From: Takakia lepidozioides
Lineage: Eukaryota > Plantae > Bryophyta
Assembly: GCA_030704615.1 (NCBI GenBank)
Contig: CM060731.1
Location: 2,542,001 to 2,606,000 of the forward strand
DNA: 64,000 nucleotides
Direction of reading: 5' to 3'
Shown here: one piece after another, positions 12,790 to 25,456 of the stretch
Layout of the letters: every line of letters starts with the position of its first letter
How positions within the stretch are numbered: the first letter of the stretch is position 1
Position numbers and translations under genes: made by a program
Notes under the pieces: generated by a model
What the model was told of the DNA's origin: nothing
What the model saw: only the letters and a program-made list of their open reading frames with translations
Databases searched by the model: none

Positions 12790-14155
12790 AAGAGCGGATG
12801 GATGGAAATTCGGCACCGGATTTCCATCCGCAAGGTTGGTCGGAGAGCGGATGGATGGAGATCCGGCACCGGATTTCCATCCTGCAGGTAAGTGGAATCC
12901 CGGATGGATGGAAATCCGGCGCCGAATTTCCATCCTGCAGGTAATTCGAAACCCGGATGGATGGAAGTTCGGCGCCGAATTTCCATCCTGCAGGTAATTC
13001 GAATCCCGGATGGATGGAAATTCGGCGCCGGATTTCCATCCAGCAGGTAAGTGGAATCCTGGATGGATGGAAATTCGGCGCCGAATTTCCATCCTGCAGG
13101 TAATTCGAATCCCCGATGGATGGAAATTCGGCGCCGGATTTCCATCCAGCAGGTAAGTGGAATCCCGGATGATTGGAAATTCGGCGCCGAATTTCCGTCC
13201 AGCAGGTAATTCGAATCCCGGATGGATGGAAATTCGGCGCCGCATTTCCATCCAGCAGGTTACTGGAATCCCGGATGGATCGAAATCCGGCGCCGAATTT
13301 CCATCCTGCAGGTATTTCATCGCTGAGAATTACCTTCCTGCAGGTAATTCTGATCAATGAATTACCTTCCTGCAGGTAATTCTGAGCGAGGAATTACCTT
13401 CCTACCTTCGTCGATAAGAATTACCTGCAGGAAGGTAATTCATCGATCAGAATTACCTGCGGGAAGGTAATTCTCAGCGATGAAATACCTGCCTAATGGA
13501 AATTCGGCGCCGAATATCCATACGCCAGCGATCCGACTTACCAGCTGGATGGAAATTCGGTGCCGGATTTCCATCCATCCGGGATTCAACTTACCTGCTG
13601 GATGGAAATTCGGCGCCGAATTTCCATCCATCCGGGATTCGAATTACCTGCAGGATGGATATGCGGCGTCGGATTTCGATCGATCCGGGATTTCACTTAC
13701 CTGCTGGATGGAAATTCGGCGCCGGATTTCCATCCATCCGGGATTCAACTTACCTGCTGGATGGAAATTCGGCGCCGAATTTCCATACATCCGGGATTCG
13801 AATTACCTGCAGGATGGATATGCGGCGCCGGATTTCGATCGATCCGGGATTTCACTTACCTGCTGGATGGAAATTCGGCGCCGGATTTCCATACATCCGG
13901 GATTCGAATTACCTGCAGGATGGATATGCGGCGCCGGATTTCCATCGATCCGGGATTTCACTTACCTGCTGGATGCAAATTCGACGCCGGATTTCCATCC
14001 ATCCGGGATTCGAATTACCTGCAGGATGGATATGCGGCGCCGGATTTCGATCGATCCGGGATTTCACTTACCTGCTGGATGGAAATTCGGCGCCGGATTT
14101 CCATCCATCCGGGATTGCACTTACCTGCTGGGTGGAAATTCGGCGCCGAATTTCC
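12790..14155. repeat. 53-bp tandem array of palindrome GGAAATTCGGCGCCGAATTTCC, arranged as two inverted arms around ~13384-13417
   Basis: Palindrome starts at a 53-bp period (12912, 12965, 13018 ... 13283). 13311-13383 is a near-perfect reverse complement of 13418-13490. Confidence 0.93.
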
Positions 14156-14870
14156 ATCCGGGGGCTGGTCTCTGTCGGAGAGGTGCCGGCCTCTCCGCCG
14201 CTCTGTTGGATATTCGGTGCCGAATTTCCGTCCGGCGGTTGAAATATGACGGCCAGGTGCCGACCTCTCCCCCCTCCCCAACCGCATTGGAATGGCCCCG
14301 GATTGAAATTCGGCGCCGTTTTCCCATCTGGGGAGGTTTTTATGTCGGCCAGTTTTCAGTCTGACACCCCGACAAGACTTCCTTGGGGGGGCCCGGATGG
14401 AAATTCGGCGCCGAATCTCCATCCAAGGGATGCTCTCTGTTGAACACGTGCCGACCTCTACGCCCGAGGCGACTTCATCCGGGCGTCCCCTGTTCGATAT
14501 TCGGTGCCGAATTTCCGTCCGGGGGTTGAAATGTGACGGCCAAGTACCGGCCTCTCCCCCCTCCCCGACTGCATCCGAACCGCCCCGGATGGAAATTCGG
14601 CGCCGTTTTTCCATCTGGGGATGTTTTTATGCCGGCCAGTTTTCGGCCTGACCCCCCGACACGACTTCCTTTACCTGCTGGATGGAAATTCGGCGCCGAA
14701 TCTCCATCCAGGGGATATTCTCTGTCGCACACGCGCCGGCCTCTACGCCCGAGGCGACTTCATCCGGGCTTCCCCTGTTGGATATTGGGTGCCGAATTTC
14801 CATTCGGGGGTAGTAATGTGACGGCACGGTGCCGGCTTCTCCCCTTCACCCGTCATCATCCGGACGGCCC
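14140..14870. repeat. ~287-bp higher-order repeat, ~2.5 copies, each with three copies of the palindrome
   Basis: 14211-14370 aligns with 14498-14660; a partial third copy at 14783. Confidence 0.8.
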
Positions 14871-15107
14871 CCCACTTTCTGACTGCATACCGTTGGCAGT
14901 TATTGCGCAAAGACCAGGGGCCGCATTCCGGAGACAAGGTTCATTAACACTCTGACTGTGGATTTTTGAGATAGTTGGCTCCCTGGATTTGGATCAGGCT
15001 TCGTCGCTCGGACAAATCGGCATCGCATTCATTCCCATCGCTGCATCCCCCTTCTACCAGGGAGCTTCCCCGCACTCCATCCTGGGAGTCTTGTGTGCAC
15101 ATCTCCC

Positions 15108-17196
15108 ATGGCGGAAAACCCGAGCGCTACAGTGTACTGCCCTCCTCACGAGCATAGAGCTTCATTTCCGTGCAGAGGGGACACCTGCCGGGTGATGGAG
15201 AAATATCTGTGCGTTCGATACCACCTGAAACCGGGGTCGGTTTTTTTGGAGGAGGAAAGGAAGGACTCTAACGGCCTTGTTGTCGACAGTATTGTTGTGC
15301 TCCACGATGATTTCGGCGATGGCAGGGAATGGCGAGTTCCACCATTGGACAGCGTCATATACAGGGCTGTTGGGGACTTCATTTGCCCGCCAAATGCACC
15401 TTCTATTCTGGCGCCTTCCACGAAACAATCCGCGAATCAGAGAGTGGCTACCTCAAAGAGAGAAGTCCGCAACGAAGTAAATCCAGAGCCGAACCCATCC
15501 ATGAAGACGAGCCAGAACCGGGTTGTTCACAACCTGTCCGACTCAGACGAGGTCATGGAAGTTCCGAGGTCGTCCTGGAGATCAGGCAAGTCCTCAATGG
15601 ACGTCAGTGGAGGAGGGAGTCATATTCCCAGCACGAGCACCGCAGTTCGATCTATTCTTGAAATTCTGCGAGGGCTTCACCTGGAGGGACACCGGTCGGA
15701 GCCTGGCCGGGCTGGACTACAGCAAGTTCGCAATTAAATCGGTTACATGCCTTCCCGCCGACGTCGACGGTAATATCTTCTTTGAGTTCCCTCCTCGGGC
15801 GGACTACTCGAGGGCGTCCGGAATGTTGACAGATATGGATAGAAAACATGACAGTCATCCTTGGTGCGTTACCAAAACCACCAGCATGAAGATGCTCGAT
15901 GGTGTGCGGGTGCGCTACGTTGTTTGTGCGGGCGCGTTGCGGTGTTTCTCCCCAACTTGCTTCCACTTTAAATCCAGAGGTCACAGGAACGAGACCGATT
16001 GGACAGGCACAGCTCATCAACCATTTTGAGCTCAGGAGAAGGTTCCGAACTCCACATTTAAGTGTGCGCATTGCAAAGAACCACCACATTGCATGTCTGT
16101 TTGTAATGCCAAGCAGTTCTATGTGTTGCATCGTTTCCCTGACCTCACCCGAGCTTGCATACACGTTGGTTCCCATTGTCACAAATTGGCGAGGGGGAAC
16201 TCGCGGGAGGCTGCCCACGAAGCAGAGCAGCTCGTTCAGGAGGAGGTTAAGTTGAGATCGGGTGCCAAACCCAAACAGATACAGCTCCAAGCCGCCCATA
16301 AGATGGCATTGGCCAGAATTATGTCGGAAGACGGCTCCGATAGAGTTCCTCTCGACGAGAAGGAAATGGAGGCATTGCTGGAGTCGGTGTCCCACGTATG
16401 TTCACCGAATGTCCGAAACCACATTGTCTCATGCAAACAGAAAATTGGGCGCGGCTCGGATATGCACTCCATTCTGGAGGTGAAGCGACGATGTGGATAT
16501 GACTACATTCATGGAAGTAGGTTTCCAGGACAATGGACTGAGGCAGATCGTTGTTTCGTATTCAAAATGTCCACGTGTGGACCTGGCAGCGGCGTCGAAC
16601 TGGTTGACAGGATGACGAGTAGGAACTTGTCAAACAGTTTGGTCATGTTCGACCATATCAAGTGAATTACAAATCACCAGTGGGTGACAATGGGTGCACA
16701 TGTCTACGACACCCACTGCAGGATGCTAATGACAATTGCTATTTGTGAGATGAAAGGAGAGGACACACAATCGGAGATGCTTCTTTGGCAGGGAATAAAC
16801 GAACAGATGGCCAAGGCGGGATTGCCCCCTCCGAATTTCCGTGGTTTCATGGCAGACAACGCACAAGCAAATTGGGCTGCCATTCGAAGGGTGTACGGGC
16901 AAGACCCCAATGTTCCCATGGAAGGCAAGGAGAGATCTTGTGGGTTCCATTTTCTGCAAAGCCTTTCGCAGTACACAACCAGGCTCGTGGCGCCAGATTT
17001 CAGAGAGGAGCACCGTTCCATGTGCCTTGCGTGGAAGCGCGCTCCTACCTTGGATGATGCAGAGACACAGTTTGCATGCATACGGGCTTGGTGGACATCG
17101 TCAGGTGTTGTAAGGAAATCAGACGAGGGAGCAATGGTCAGTTGGCTAGCATGGTGGCATTATCGTTTCCTCCAGTTCGGCGACTATATGCGGGAG
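15108..17196 (+). pseudogene. Mutator-like (MULE) DDE transposase, N-terminal ~two thirds, with a GCM/WRKY-like Cys/His region; frameshifts and a stop; 3' part missing
   Basis: CAGALRC..TC, C..C..PHCMSVC...CIHVGSHCH; VMFDHIK (D1), FMADNA (D2), CGFH (MULE CxxH). Splice donor GTGAGT at 17197. Lies inside the TIR/TSD element. Confidence 0.72.
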
Positions 17197-17665
17197 GTGA
17201 GTTGCACGTCTGAACATGCTAAGTCCGAACTGGCTAAGTCCGAACATGCACTGGAAAAATGGCGCCGAATTACCTGTCATGAGGGGACCTATAGCCGCGG
17301 AATTCGTTCCCATTTTTCGCCAGAGAGACCTATTACCGCGAAATACGTCGCCGTTTTTCAGGTTACGGACCCTATTACCGCGAAATTCGGCGCCATATTT
17401 GCACATGTCGCTGGGAATTGGCATGAGCGGAAGACGAAATATCATGAGCACAACTGTCAAAAATGCAATTTTCCCTTCAAGGGGCCGATTAATATATTTG
17501 TTTTTCCTGACACATTGCATTAAATTATTGTTTGTTATTGTTTTTTTTTATTGTTTTTTATTGTTTTTTATTTTCGAAATTTGTACTTCTGCTCATGAAA
17601 ACCGATTGTGTTACTACTCTGCTCATGCCGCTCATGCCACTCATGCTCATGAAATAGCAAACCTC

Positions 17666-18527
17666 CCTGAAAACGGAACGGAGTGCATTTGCAAAAGCAT
17701 GGCGGAGGGGCGGTCGTAGGCGCAGATCCCCGGTGGAGTACCCCACAACAATGGAGGAGCTGCAGCCCTTTACAGTGTGGGTCAGATCTGCAATTGCAGT
17801 GTACGCATCAGAGAACGAGGACCCAGATGAGGGCATGGTGAGTCTGTCATTCCCCCCAGGGCTGATTGCCACTTCGTACCGGTCAATGAAAGCATATGGC
17901 AATCACTATAGAGTGGACGATGCCAACACCAGCCTCCTTGTGACTTATGACAACGGAGTGGCATCATTTTTTGAACAAGAGAGTAGGAGCTGTGCACGAG
18001 ATCAGAATCCAATTTCATGCCATGTGCAATATGTAGGAGTGATCAAAGAGATCCTTAAACTAGACTATGGTCTTGTGAAGCCAATTCTATTCCGTTGTTC
18101 TTGGGTAAAAGCCAATATGGTAGGAGAGAATGCCACCATGAAACGGGATGAGTACGGGTTCCTCCTTGCTGATTTCAGAAAAATGCTACCACAAGATGAA
18201 GAGCCATTCATCTTCCCATCGCAAGTTGAGCAAGTTTTCTTTTCAGATGACACCCATGCGCCGGGATGGAAGGTGGTTCTTCACAAGGACCCCCGGGCCA
18301 AACGAGTCGTGGCCGACGTCCATGATCTGGACCTAGGGGAGAATGCCGACCACGAGGGTCTGAGGGAACCACAAAATCTACCAGATACGGCCGAACCAGT
18401 CTCTTTGGAAGGAGCAGTTACCTTTAATGAGGAAGACATTCCAGGGTTGGTAATTACCGCAAGGCAAATTGCAGATGTGGGTAGTGAAGGGGAAGATTAT
18501 TTGGATATAGATAGTGAGCCCAGCTGA
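17666..18527 (+). pseudogene. CACTA transposase 3' part (DUF4216)
   Basis: YGNHYRV, YVGVIKEILKLDY, LFRCSW, EPFIFPSQVEQVFF...WKVVL; in frame with the exon ending at 10926. Confidence 0.9.
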
Positions 18528-19357
18528 ATCTCAGTGTCCATTAAGCCAGCAGCTCATAGACGAGAGCTATGCTAAGGACTCTTACTGTCCTTAGAACCCA
18601 TTTTGTACAGTCCTGCAAGCGCGCAAGGGCGAGACAGTTAATAGTATCGATAATGTCCCGGTATGTGGTCTGTACTGTCTTGTGAACAAACCTTTTTTTG
18701 TTCTACCAATATTGTTTCTGACATGTGAGGAGAGGATCGTCTTCATGTATGGGAAGTAGACGTGAATGTGTGCATGCATTTTCTGGCCCAGCTGCATGCT
18801 TTCCAGGAACAAAGACCAGTGGAATGGGGGGTGTCTCCAAAGGAGCAGGACCGAACGACACCTTTTGTGCTTCCCTTGCTTTCCTTCTCACCGTTGTTGC
18901 ATTCTCCCACCTGCCCAACAGCAGCACTCTCGAAGCAATAGCATGACATATGTTGCAACATGGTCTTCTTCACCAGCGAATGAGCTTTTTTGCTACATGT
19001 ACTGCCACGTCCACATTAACGTTGATCCCTGCAAGCACTTGGCAAGACACCCCAGAGCCGCAAATCCAGCAACCACCACAAACACATCTAACTGATTGTA
19101 GTGACACGGGAATAGCTCATTTGTAGAGGAATTGAACCTCCAGCCAAATGAATGGCTCTGCCCCTTGTAGCACAAGTGCGATGCAAAAACAAGGTGAGTA
19201 CAAAATGAAGAAGCACTTACGAGGTCCCCATCCCTCGGATGGGCTCCCACTTGTGCTCTGGAACTGTGCAGGCCTGACTAGCACCAAATTGCATGAATCC
19301 TAAGCCTGAATGTCAAATGCAGGTTTATGTCGCGATGCAGCACGCCATCATCTAACC

Positions 19358-19560
19358 TGTAGTTTCCAGTTTCACTGGTGTCACAACTGCCTTCAAGTCA
19401 ACATCAAAATTAAGTCCACCTATGCGCAAATCGCAGAATGTCTCATGACACCATCTGCCGCCGCTGGTTTGGCATGATATGATTGTAGTTCACAACCTTA
19501 ATGAACGCTTTCAGCCTTGACCTCTTTGCGATCTTCTTCTGTGACTGCTTCTTCATAATT
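19358..19560 (-). pseudogene. RPL27: 60S ribosomal protein eL27 gene fragment, copy 1
   Basis: Minus strand reads KKQSQKKIAKRSRLKAFIKVVNYNHIMP and, after a short gap, FDVDLKAVVTP, matching the eL27 KKIAKRS...VNYNH.MP..Y..DVDLK pattern. Confidence 0.8.
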
Positions 19561-19794
19561 TATGAAAGGGAAAAGCAGCTACACATCAAATTCTTGCAAG
19601 TACAGGGGGGTACTTAGGCCTCCTTGGGAGAAAGAGTGCCATAAACACAGACACATCCTTAAATGTAAAAATTGGAGAAGCGAACGTCTGGTGGCAATAA
19701 CTGCCTAAACCAGAATTATACTCCATTCCAGCGCACATGTAAAGGGTCGGATGATAACTCGGAATCCCAGTTGGAGATAATGAGACGAATACAT

Positions 19795-20030
19795 GACTAT
19801 CTTGCGAGTTTCAACTTTCTTGGAGATAGTTTCCAGTTTCTCTGGTGTCACAACTGCCTTCAAGCTGGGTTTAGAGGAATTAAGTCCCACTCGCAAATGC
19901 AGAATGTCTCCCTCATCTGCGTGGGGAAAATGGGGTTTGGCATGATATGATTGTAGTTCACAACCAAAGGGCATATTCTTCAGCCTTGACGTCTTTGCGA
20001 TCTTCTTCTGTGACGCCTTCTGCATAACTT
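19795..20030 (-). pseudogene. RPL27: eL27 gene fragment, copy 2 (more degenerate)
   Basis: Direct repeat of 19360-19600; reads SQKKIAKTSRLK ... LKAVVTPEKLETISKKVETRK. Confidence 0.7.
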
Positions 20031-20895
20031 GTGAAATGGAAAAGCAGCTACACATCAAATTATTGCGATGCCACTCAATGGCACTATGAACGTTTCGAGC
20101 ATGCTGTCAGAAAACTAGACGGGCAAAAACCCAATTCAGCAGCCTCACCTTGCGTGGATACTTGGGAATTGATGCCAGAAGGGCATGCCCATATGCGCGC
20201 TCCATCGTGCCTCCATCCAGCACATTCTGTAAATGATGAATGACCAAGACCCCGATGTCACACCGTTATGAGAAGCCACTACGCGCGCTCACAGTATACG
20301 AAGGCCTTGCCGTGTCAGGATTTCCATTCCCATGTCCCGCCATGTCCGACGCAGCACTTGCATCCTTGTCTCTGCCAGGTGGAGGCAGCACGTATTAAAA
20401 TATCTATTCCCCCAAGGCCACATTTTGTTTACCTCTTTTTGTGAAAGCCACGTCAGCAAATGTGCTGCCGAGTCATGGGTGCAATGAATGCGCAGTGGTT
20501 CATGGAGTCGTTGAGTCGACTACATATTCACTTTAATGAATAAATATCTTTATTCCATTAATCGAATTAGGAAAGAAAATTTGTAGTCGCATGTGCAGTA
20601 ATTACAACCACTTGTAATTTTGGCTTTTTCAAATTTTATGTATTTACACAATTCGTAAAATAGCCCGGAATTCTGCTACGACTCCGGAGTCGTTGACCCC
20701 ACTTCTATCTGCCGTCTGAAATGCCCCCGTGGGCCCACATTGTCTGTTTTGACTCTCCAGTAGTCCCGTTTACTACCAAGTGGTTCCCGGAGTGGTCGCG
20801 GACATGCAGTCGAATCGGAAAAGACACGAATGCTTCTAGTGCCCTTCACTGCTCTCTTTCCATCTCCTGACGCCATGCTCCATCCTCCAGCCACT

Positions 20896-21454
20896 TCACT
20901 TGTTGCCACTCCACCTGCATCTTTGTCTCCAGCACACCACGCTCAGCTCACAGTTGGTCCGCATCAGCACTGAATCCTCCTCCATGACACCATGTCGTGC
21001 TGTGGATTCCACAAGTGCCCGCGACAATGCAGTGATCTGTTGTACTACTGACGTGGCCTGCAAAAGTTGCACATGGCTGTCATCCAAATCAACTCGTAAA
21101 GCAGCTAGCTCCTCCTTTTCCAGCAAAAGGCGAGTAAGACGAGCCAGCTGTTCCTCCTTTGCCTGCAACAAACCCTTGACCCTAGACGCTTCTGTTTGAA
21201 GTGCCTCGACAGATTTCTGAGCCGCCTGTAGTTCGACGTCTTTCTCACTGACGACCAGTTTTAAACTAGAAAAGTCAGACTTAACATGCTGGAGCTCTAA
21301 CTTCACCTCAACCAATTCTGCCTCCTTGAGTTGTAACAAGAGTTGTGTGTCAGACAATGTGGGGTCCCTTGCTGGACCTCCCTCTCAAGTGACTTGACTA
21401 ATGACATGGATTCCTGTAAAACCGCCTTCTCCTTCACCACTACTGCCTGCAACA
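20896..21454 (-). pseudogene. Coiled-coil host-gene fragment resembling myosin-like chloroplast protein MRC/PII1
   Basis: EAELVEVKLELQHVKSD..SLKLVVSEKDVEL...VVQQITALSRAL resembles my recollection of that family; cut by an LTR at 21455. Confidence 0.5.
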
Positions 21455-22384
21455 TGTCAACTTGGTTCTTGACAAGCTACCGCTCCCGCCAAGTAGAATC
21501 ATCAGCTCTGCAGGTCACGGTGAATCCAACAATATACCTGCAAGCCAGCATGGGCTACAAGCCAATGGCCCTTCTTGAGTTGCAACCCAACGGACCACAC
21601 AAGTTGGGCACGACTGGCCTACTGGGTGTTCAGCCTGCCCAAGCGCTCAGGCAGCAGGGCTGCCAGGGCCCCCGCGCGCACCCGCCACCACAAACAGGGA
21701 TAACTCCACCCCAACTGTTTGCACTTCGTGATCCAGCCACTGCCAGCCACTCCCGACTGTTTTGGGTCCGAATCCAAAAGCTTACACGAGTCTCGTCTCC
21801 CTCCGTCCAAGTGAAAGAGAGTAGGGAAGCCAACTATCAAAGTCTTCAACCTCCACACCTCTTGGTTTTCAAACTCACGAGCAGAGACGACAACTAAATC
21901 TGCGCGCACAGCCCATGGCAACAGCAGGGCCAGATGGACTCCTGCCCCAAAATATATATTATAATAGTGCTAAAACAAACATTGTATCTAGCTTAGCACC
22001 AGCACACTAGATAACGCTCATCTCTCTCGAGTGATAAACAGCTAAAGGACACACACTCCCAACACAAGAAACATGAAATCCATCGCTATCACTCTTTAAA
22101 ATAGAAGTCAAGCCAGGGGCACCCCAAGCTATGGGGACTCCACCCCACAACAACTTATCCTCCCATCATAAGCACACTCAGTTCTAAACGATGAAGGAGC
22201 TCGGTCGCGCAAGCTCAACTTGAGAGAGATGAGCTGCGCGACCGACGCTCTCGTGAAGATAAGACGGTTCAGGTGTCAAACTAAACTTGACACCTGATTT
22301 AACACTTGACCTAAATCCAAGTGTTAAATACAAATAACTAGCTTTATTCTAGTTAGTTTCACACTGTGCTTATTTAACTTGACA
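21455..22384. mobile_element. Isolated LTR-like sequence (930 bp)
   Basis: TGTCAA...TTGACA termini coincide with the breaks in both flanking ORFs; no matching TSD. Confidence 0.55.
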
Positions 22385-22386
22385 GG

Positions 22387-22809
22387 TTGAACATCAAGAA
22401 TTTCCGACTACCTCCGGAAGTGAGTCCAAAGTTTGTACCTCCGTATGCGGGACCCTTTCGCATCCGGAAGGTTATGAATGAGGATGTGTATGAATTGGAG
22501 CTGCCGGCAAACAGCAAGGTGCATCCAGTATTCCACGTCTCCCTTTTGAAGCCTTACTTCAAAGATGAAGCGCATCCGAATCGGCATCAAGTGTTGCGTC
22601 CGCCACCTGTGCTGTTGGATCATGAAAATGAACCTGAGTACGAGGTGGAGGCAGTACTTAAGTCGTGGAGGTTCAAGAACCGAGAAACGAAGTATCTCGT
22701 CAAATGGAAGGGCTATCATCATGTGGAGGCATCTTGGGTGCGTGCCTCAGAAATGGGAAACGCATCCGAGGCGGTTGCAGTTTTCGAAGGACGACCTCAA
22801 AAGCGTTAG
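22387..22809 (+). pseudogene. Chromovirus integrase C-terminus: GPY/F motif plus chromodomain
   Basis: YAGPFRI...YELELP..KVHPVFHVSLLKPY...EYEVEAVL...KYLVKWKGY...SW. Confidence 0.92.
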
Positions 22810-23723
22810 AAGCGTTGATGGGGACATCAACCTTGGAGCGTGGGGGAGGAAATGCATGCTTAGCCCGGCTTAGCTAGCTTAGGAATCCGATTGCAAAAAC
22901 TTGTATTGTACAAAAATTTGTTATAAAGGAAATGGGTTCCAAATGTTGTGCGCCCTATTTTGTTTGGAATGGTGATGCATGGTGTGGTTGGCTAGTGTGT
23001 AGAATGAATGCTAGCTTACAAAGTGGGAGAGGTAAATTGGGTTAATCGTGTGTTTGCGCAGTGCCGAAATCGGGTGACTCCCATCCAAGGGGCAAGGAAA
23101 CTTGCGCCTTCTTTAGGAGTTCACGTGCTAGTGCGCACCTGGCGCGTGCGCATACTATAACTGCGCTACTGAGGGGGTTGCTTTGTAGTGCGGGCTAACG
23201 CGGAAGCTACGTGCTTCCGTTCACGTACTATAATCGTGTAGCCTCGGGACGAAGTCGTAGTGCGGCTTCGGCGTGTTCCCGTACCTCAGGCCAATATTCC
23301 AAGGCGGACCCAATTGTAGTGATTGGGGCGCGCGGTTGGTTCAAGGTTATCTTCCTAGTCAAAGAGGGTTCGAGGTGAACCCTTGCTCAAGGTGATGCCA
23401 AAAGCGGCATCATGAGCGGTCGCAAGCAATGTTGTTGCAGTAAGGCGATTCGATCCTCGGGGAGGATCGTCCCTTGGCCTTGAAGTAGGCCAAGAAGAGT
23501 GCACTGGGAGGAGGTTGAGAGGCTCCACCCTTGGCCGGGACTTGGAGGAAGTCGGCCGAACTAGCTAGTGGAGACTAGAGTCAAGTGTGGGGTTTGGTTC
23601 TTTGCCATGGGACGCCATGGTATGGAAACAAACTCCTTGATGTGGGACGCCACAACTTGGATGTTCGTTTCCACAAAATGGACAAGCTGATGAGGACATC
23701 GACTCCCTGTTGGTAGGGGTGTG

Positions 23724-24714
23724 TGTCGCGGCCCTTTGCCTTGAGGGCAAGGGGGTCGGGACACAAGAGGGGCTGCCCCTGTGGTGGGGACAGTGGCAGC
23801 GATAGGTATGGGGGGCTGAAGCACCCTTGAGTGCCCAAGGCACTCAAGGAGGCGGAGGCGCTCACTAGGTGGAGCCCGCACACCGGGTTGCGGTGGGGGT
23901 GGCTCCACAAGGGGTGGTGGTAGCTTAGCGGGACTTAGTGGGGGTGGCATAGGACTCACCCTGGGGCAAAGACCTCGTGGTGGGAGTCGTGGGGAGTCTT
24001 GGGACTCATCACGGTCCATAGGGACCGGGGTGGGTGGGCCAAGACTCACCGCGACTCATCACCGGGAGTCGAGGGTGTTCGTGGTGGTTCGCCATAAAAT
24101 GGCATGGTTTTTGGTTTGTGAAACCCCCGCGGACAGCTACAAAAGTATATATAGGGAGTAGTAACCCCGAGAACGGTGCAAGCCCGTTGGTGACCAAAAA
24201 CTAGTGAGTAAGCAAGCGAGCCGGAAAGCGACCAAAGAGTGGGGAGCTGTTCCGGACTGCCAACTACCAAAGGGAATTCCGCTGGTTCCAAACCGTTGGA
24301 GGGTTCTTTGGGACATCAAAGGGGGACCATTATGCCTGATGAGAGGGCAAACAGGCTGAAACGTGCCCTCACCACATTGTCCTTGACCCATGGAGGATTT
24401 GACCGACCATCAACCCAAAAGGACCTCTTGTGTGTGTTGTTTGTCTGTAGTCAAGTAATGTCGGATTGCAATCAACCAATTGGTCTGTGAGAACCACTAC
24501 GGTGCAGCTGAGCAGGCAGGGATTGAAACACGGCCTACTAAGACCTGCAAGCTGACTCTCCCAAGAACCTTGTAAACATTAGGAAGAATACCAAATCATG
24601 GTACTCACAGGAGTCAAGACTTTGCAGGATGGACGAACTTCTTCACATCGTACATTAAGAAAAGCCACACCTGGTGATTGCGGTTGGGAGCTTACCGAAG
24701 TGAGGTGCGCGACA
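23724..24714 (+). mobile_element. 3' LTR (991 bp) of the chromovirus
   Basis: TGTCGCG...CGCGACA termini, purine tract GGTAGGGGT upstream; the same 5' end recurs at 41481; the 3' end cuts an RNase H ORF. Confidence 0.8.
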
Positions 24715-25456
24715 CGAGCACTCATAAAATACTCGAGGTTTTTGTGATCGATATAGACAGTGACCTGATGTTTAGCTCCCTCTAATAGATGACGCCACTC
24801 CTCAAAAGCATCGATAATCGCTAGAAGTTCTTTGTCATGGATTTCATAATTGATCTCCGCAGCGGAAAATTTGCGAGAATGAAAACCAACAGGGTGAAGT
24901 CGGCCATGTGTACCGTATTGAGAGAGTACCGCACCAAGTGCAAAGTCCGATGCATCTGCTTCCAAAAGGAATGGCTTAGATGGGTCTGCATATTCCAGTA
25001 TTGGAGCCGTTGTAAATTCCAAATGCTTGGTCAGCCTTCTCGTCCTCATTGTCGAAGATTTTGCATCTTTGTCTCTGCAACTCTCTCTTCATCATTCTCT
25101 CCAAACGTTGCAGTGAAGTCGGACATGAAAGCTTCAAAATTATATAGTAAATGCGAATTTTTCTCTAATAGCGGTGCAAACCAAGATAGGGCAGTGCCTG
25201 ATAAAAGGGTGCCCACGAATTCCACTTGAATACCTTCATCGGGGTAGCGTTGTGGATGTAGTCGTAGGAACAATCGTACTTGTTGAACAAAACCGCGAAA
25301 TCTTGATCTCGTCCTATCAAATTTCTCGGGCATGCTGACCTTTGGTTCCCTTGTAATCTGTTGAAGATTTGGAGGAACCGTTGTAGTAGGATTTGTTGTA
25401 GTAGGGACTCGTAAGGTTGAAGATCCATTGTTCGACTCCTTCAACTCGGAAATTTG
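24715..25456 (-). mobile_element. Internally deleted Ty3/chromovirus-like fragment: gag joined directly to RNase H
   Basis: Gag PEKFD...GTLLSGTALSWF (25046-25456); RNase H EADASDFALGAVLSQ...NYEIHDKELLAI...DHKNLEYF (24715-25030). Confidence 0.85.

Larger units (their letters stand above)
10927..17665 (+). mobile_element. Mutator-like TIR element (6739 bp) inserted in the CACTA transposase, 8-bp TSD CCTGAAAA
   Basis: CCTGAAAA at 10919-10926 and 17666-17673. Left end GGGGGCTGCTATTTCATGAGC versus reverse complement of right end GAGGTTTGCTATTTCATGAGC (18/21). CATGAG subterminal repeats. Removing the element restores the CACTA frame (KYAAEKVRLK|TERSAFAK...VEYPTTMEE). Confidence 0.93.

Noticed and set aside
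11849-14955. Many overlapping ORFs (MEIRRRISIHPG..., GWKFGAEFPS...)
   Set aside because: Translations of the 53-bp palindromic array on both strands.
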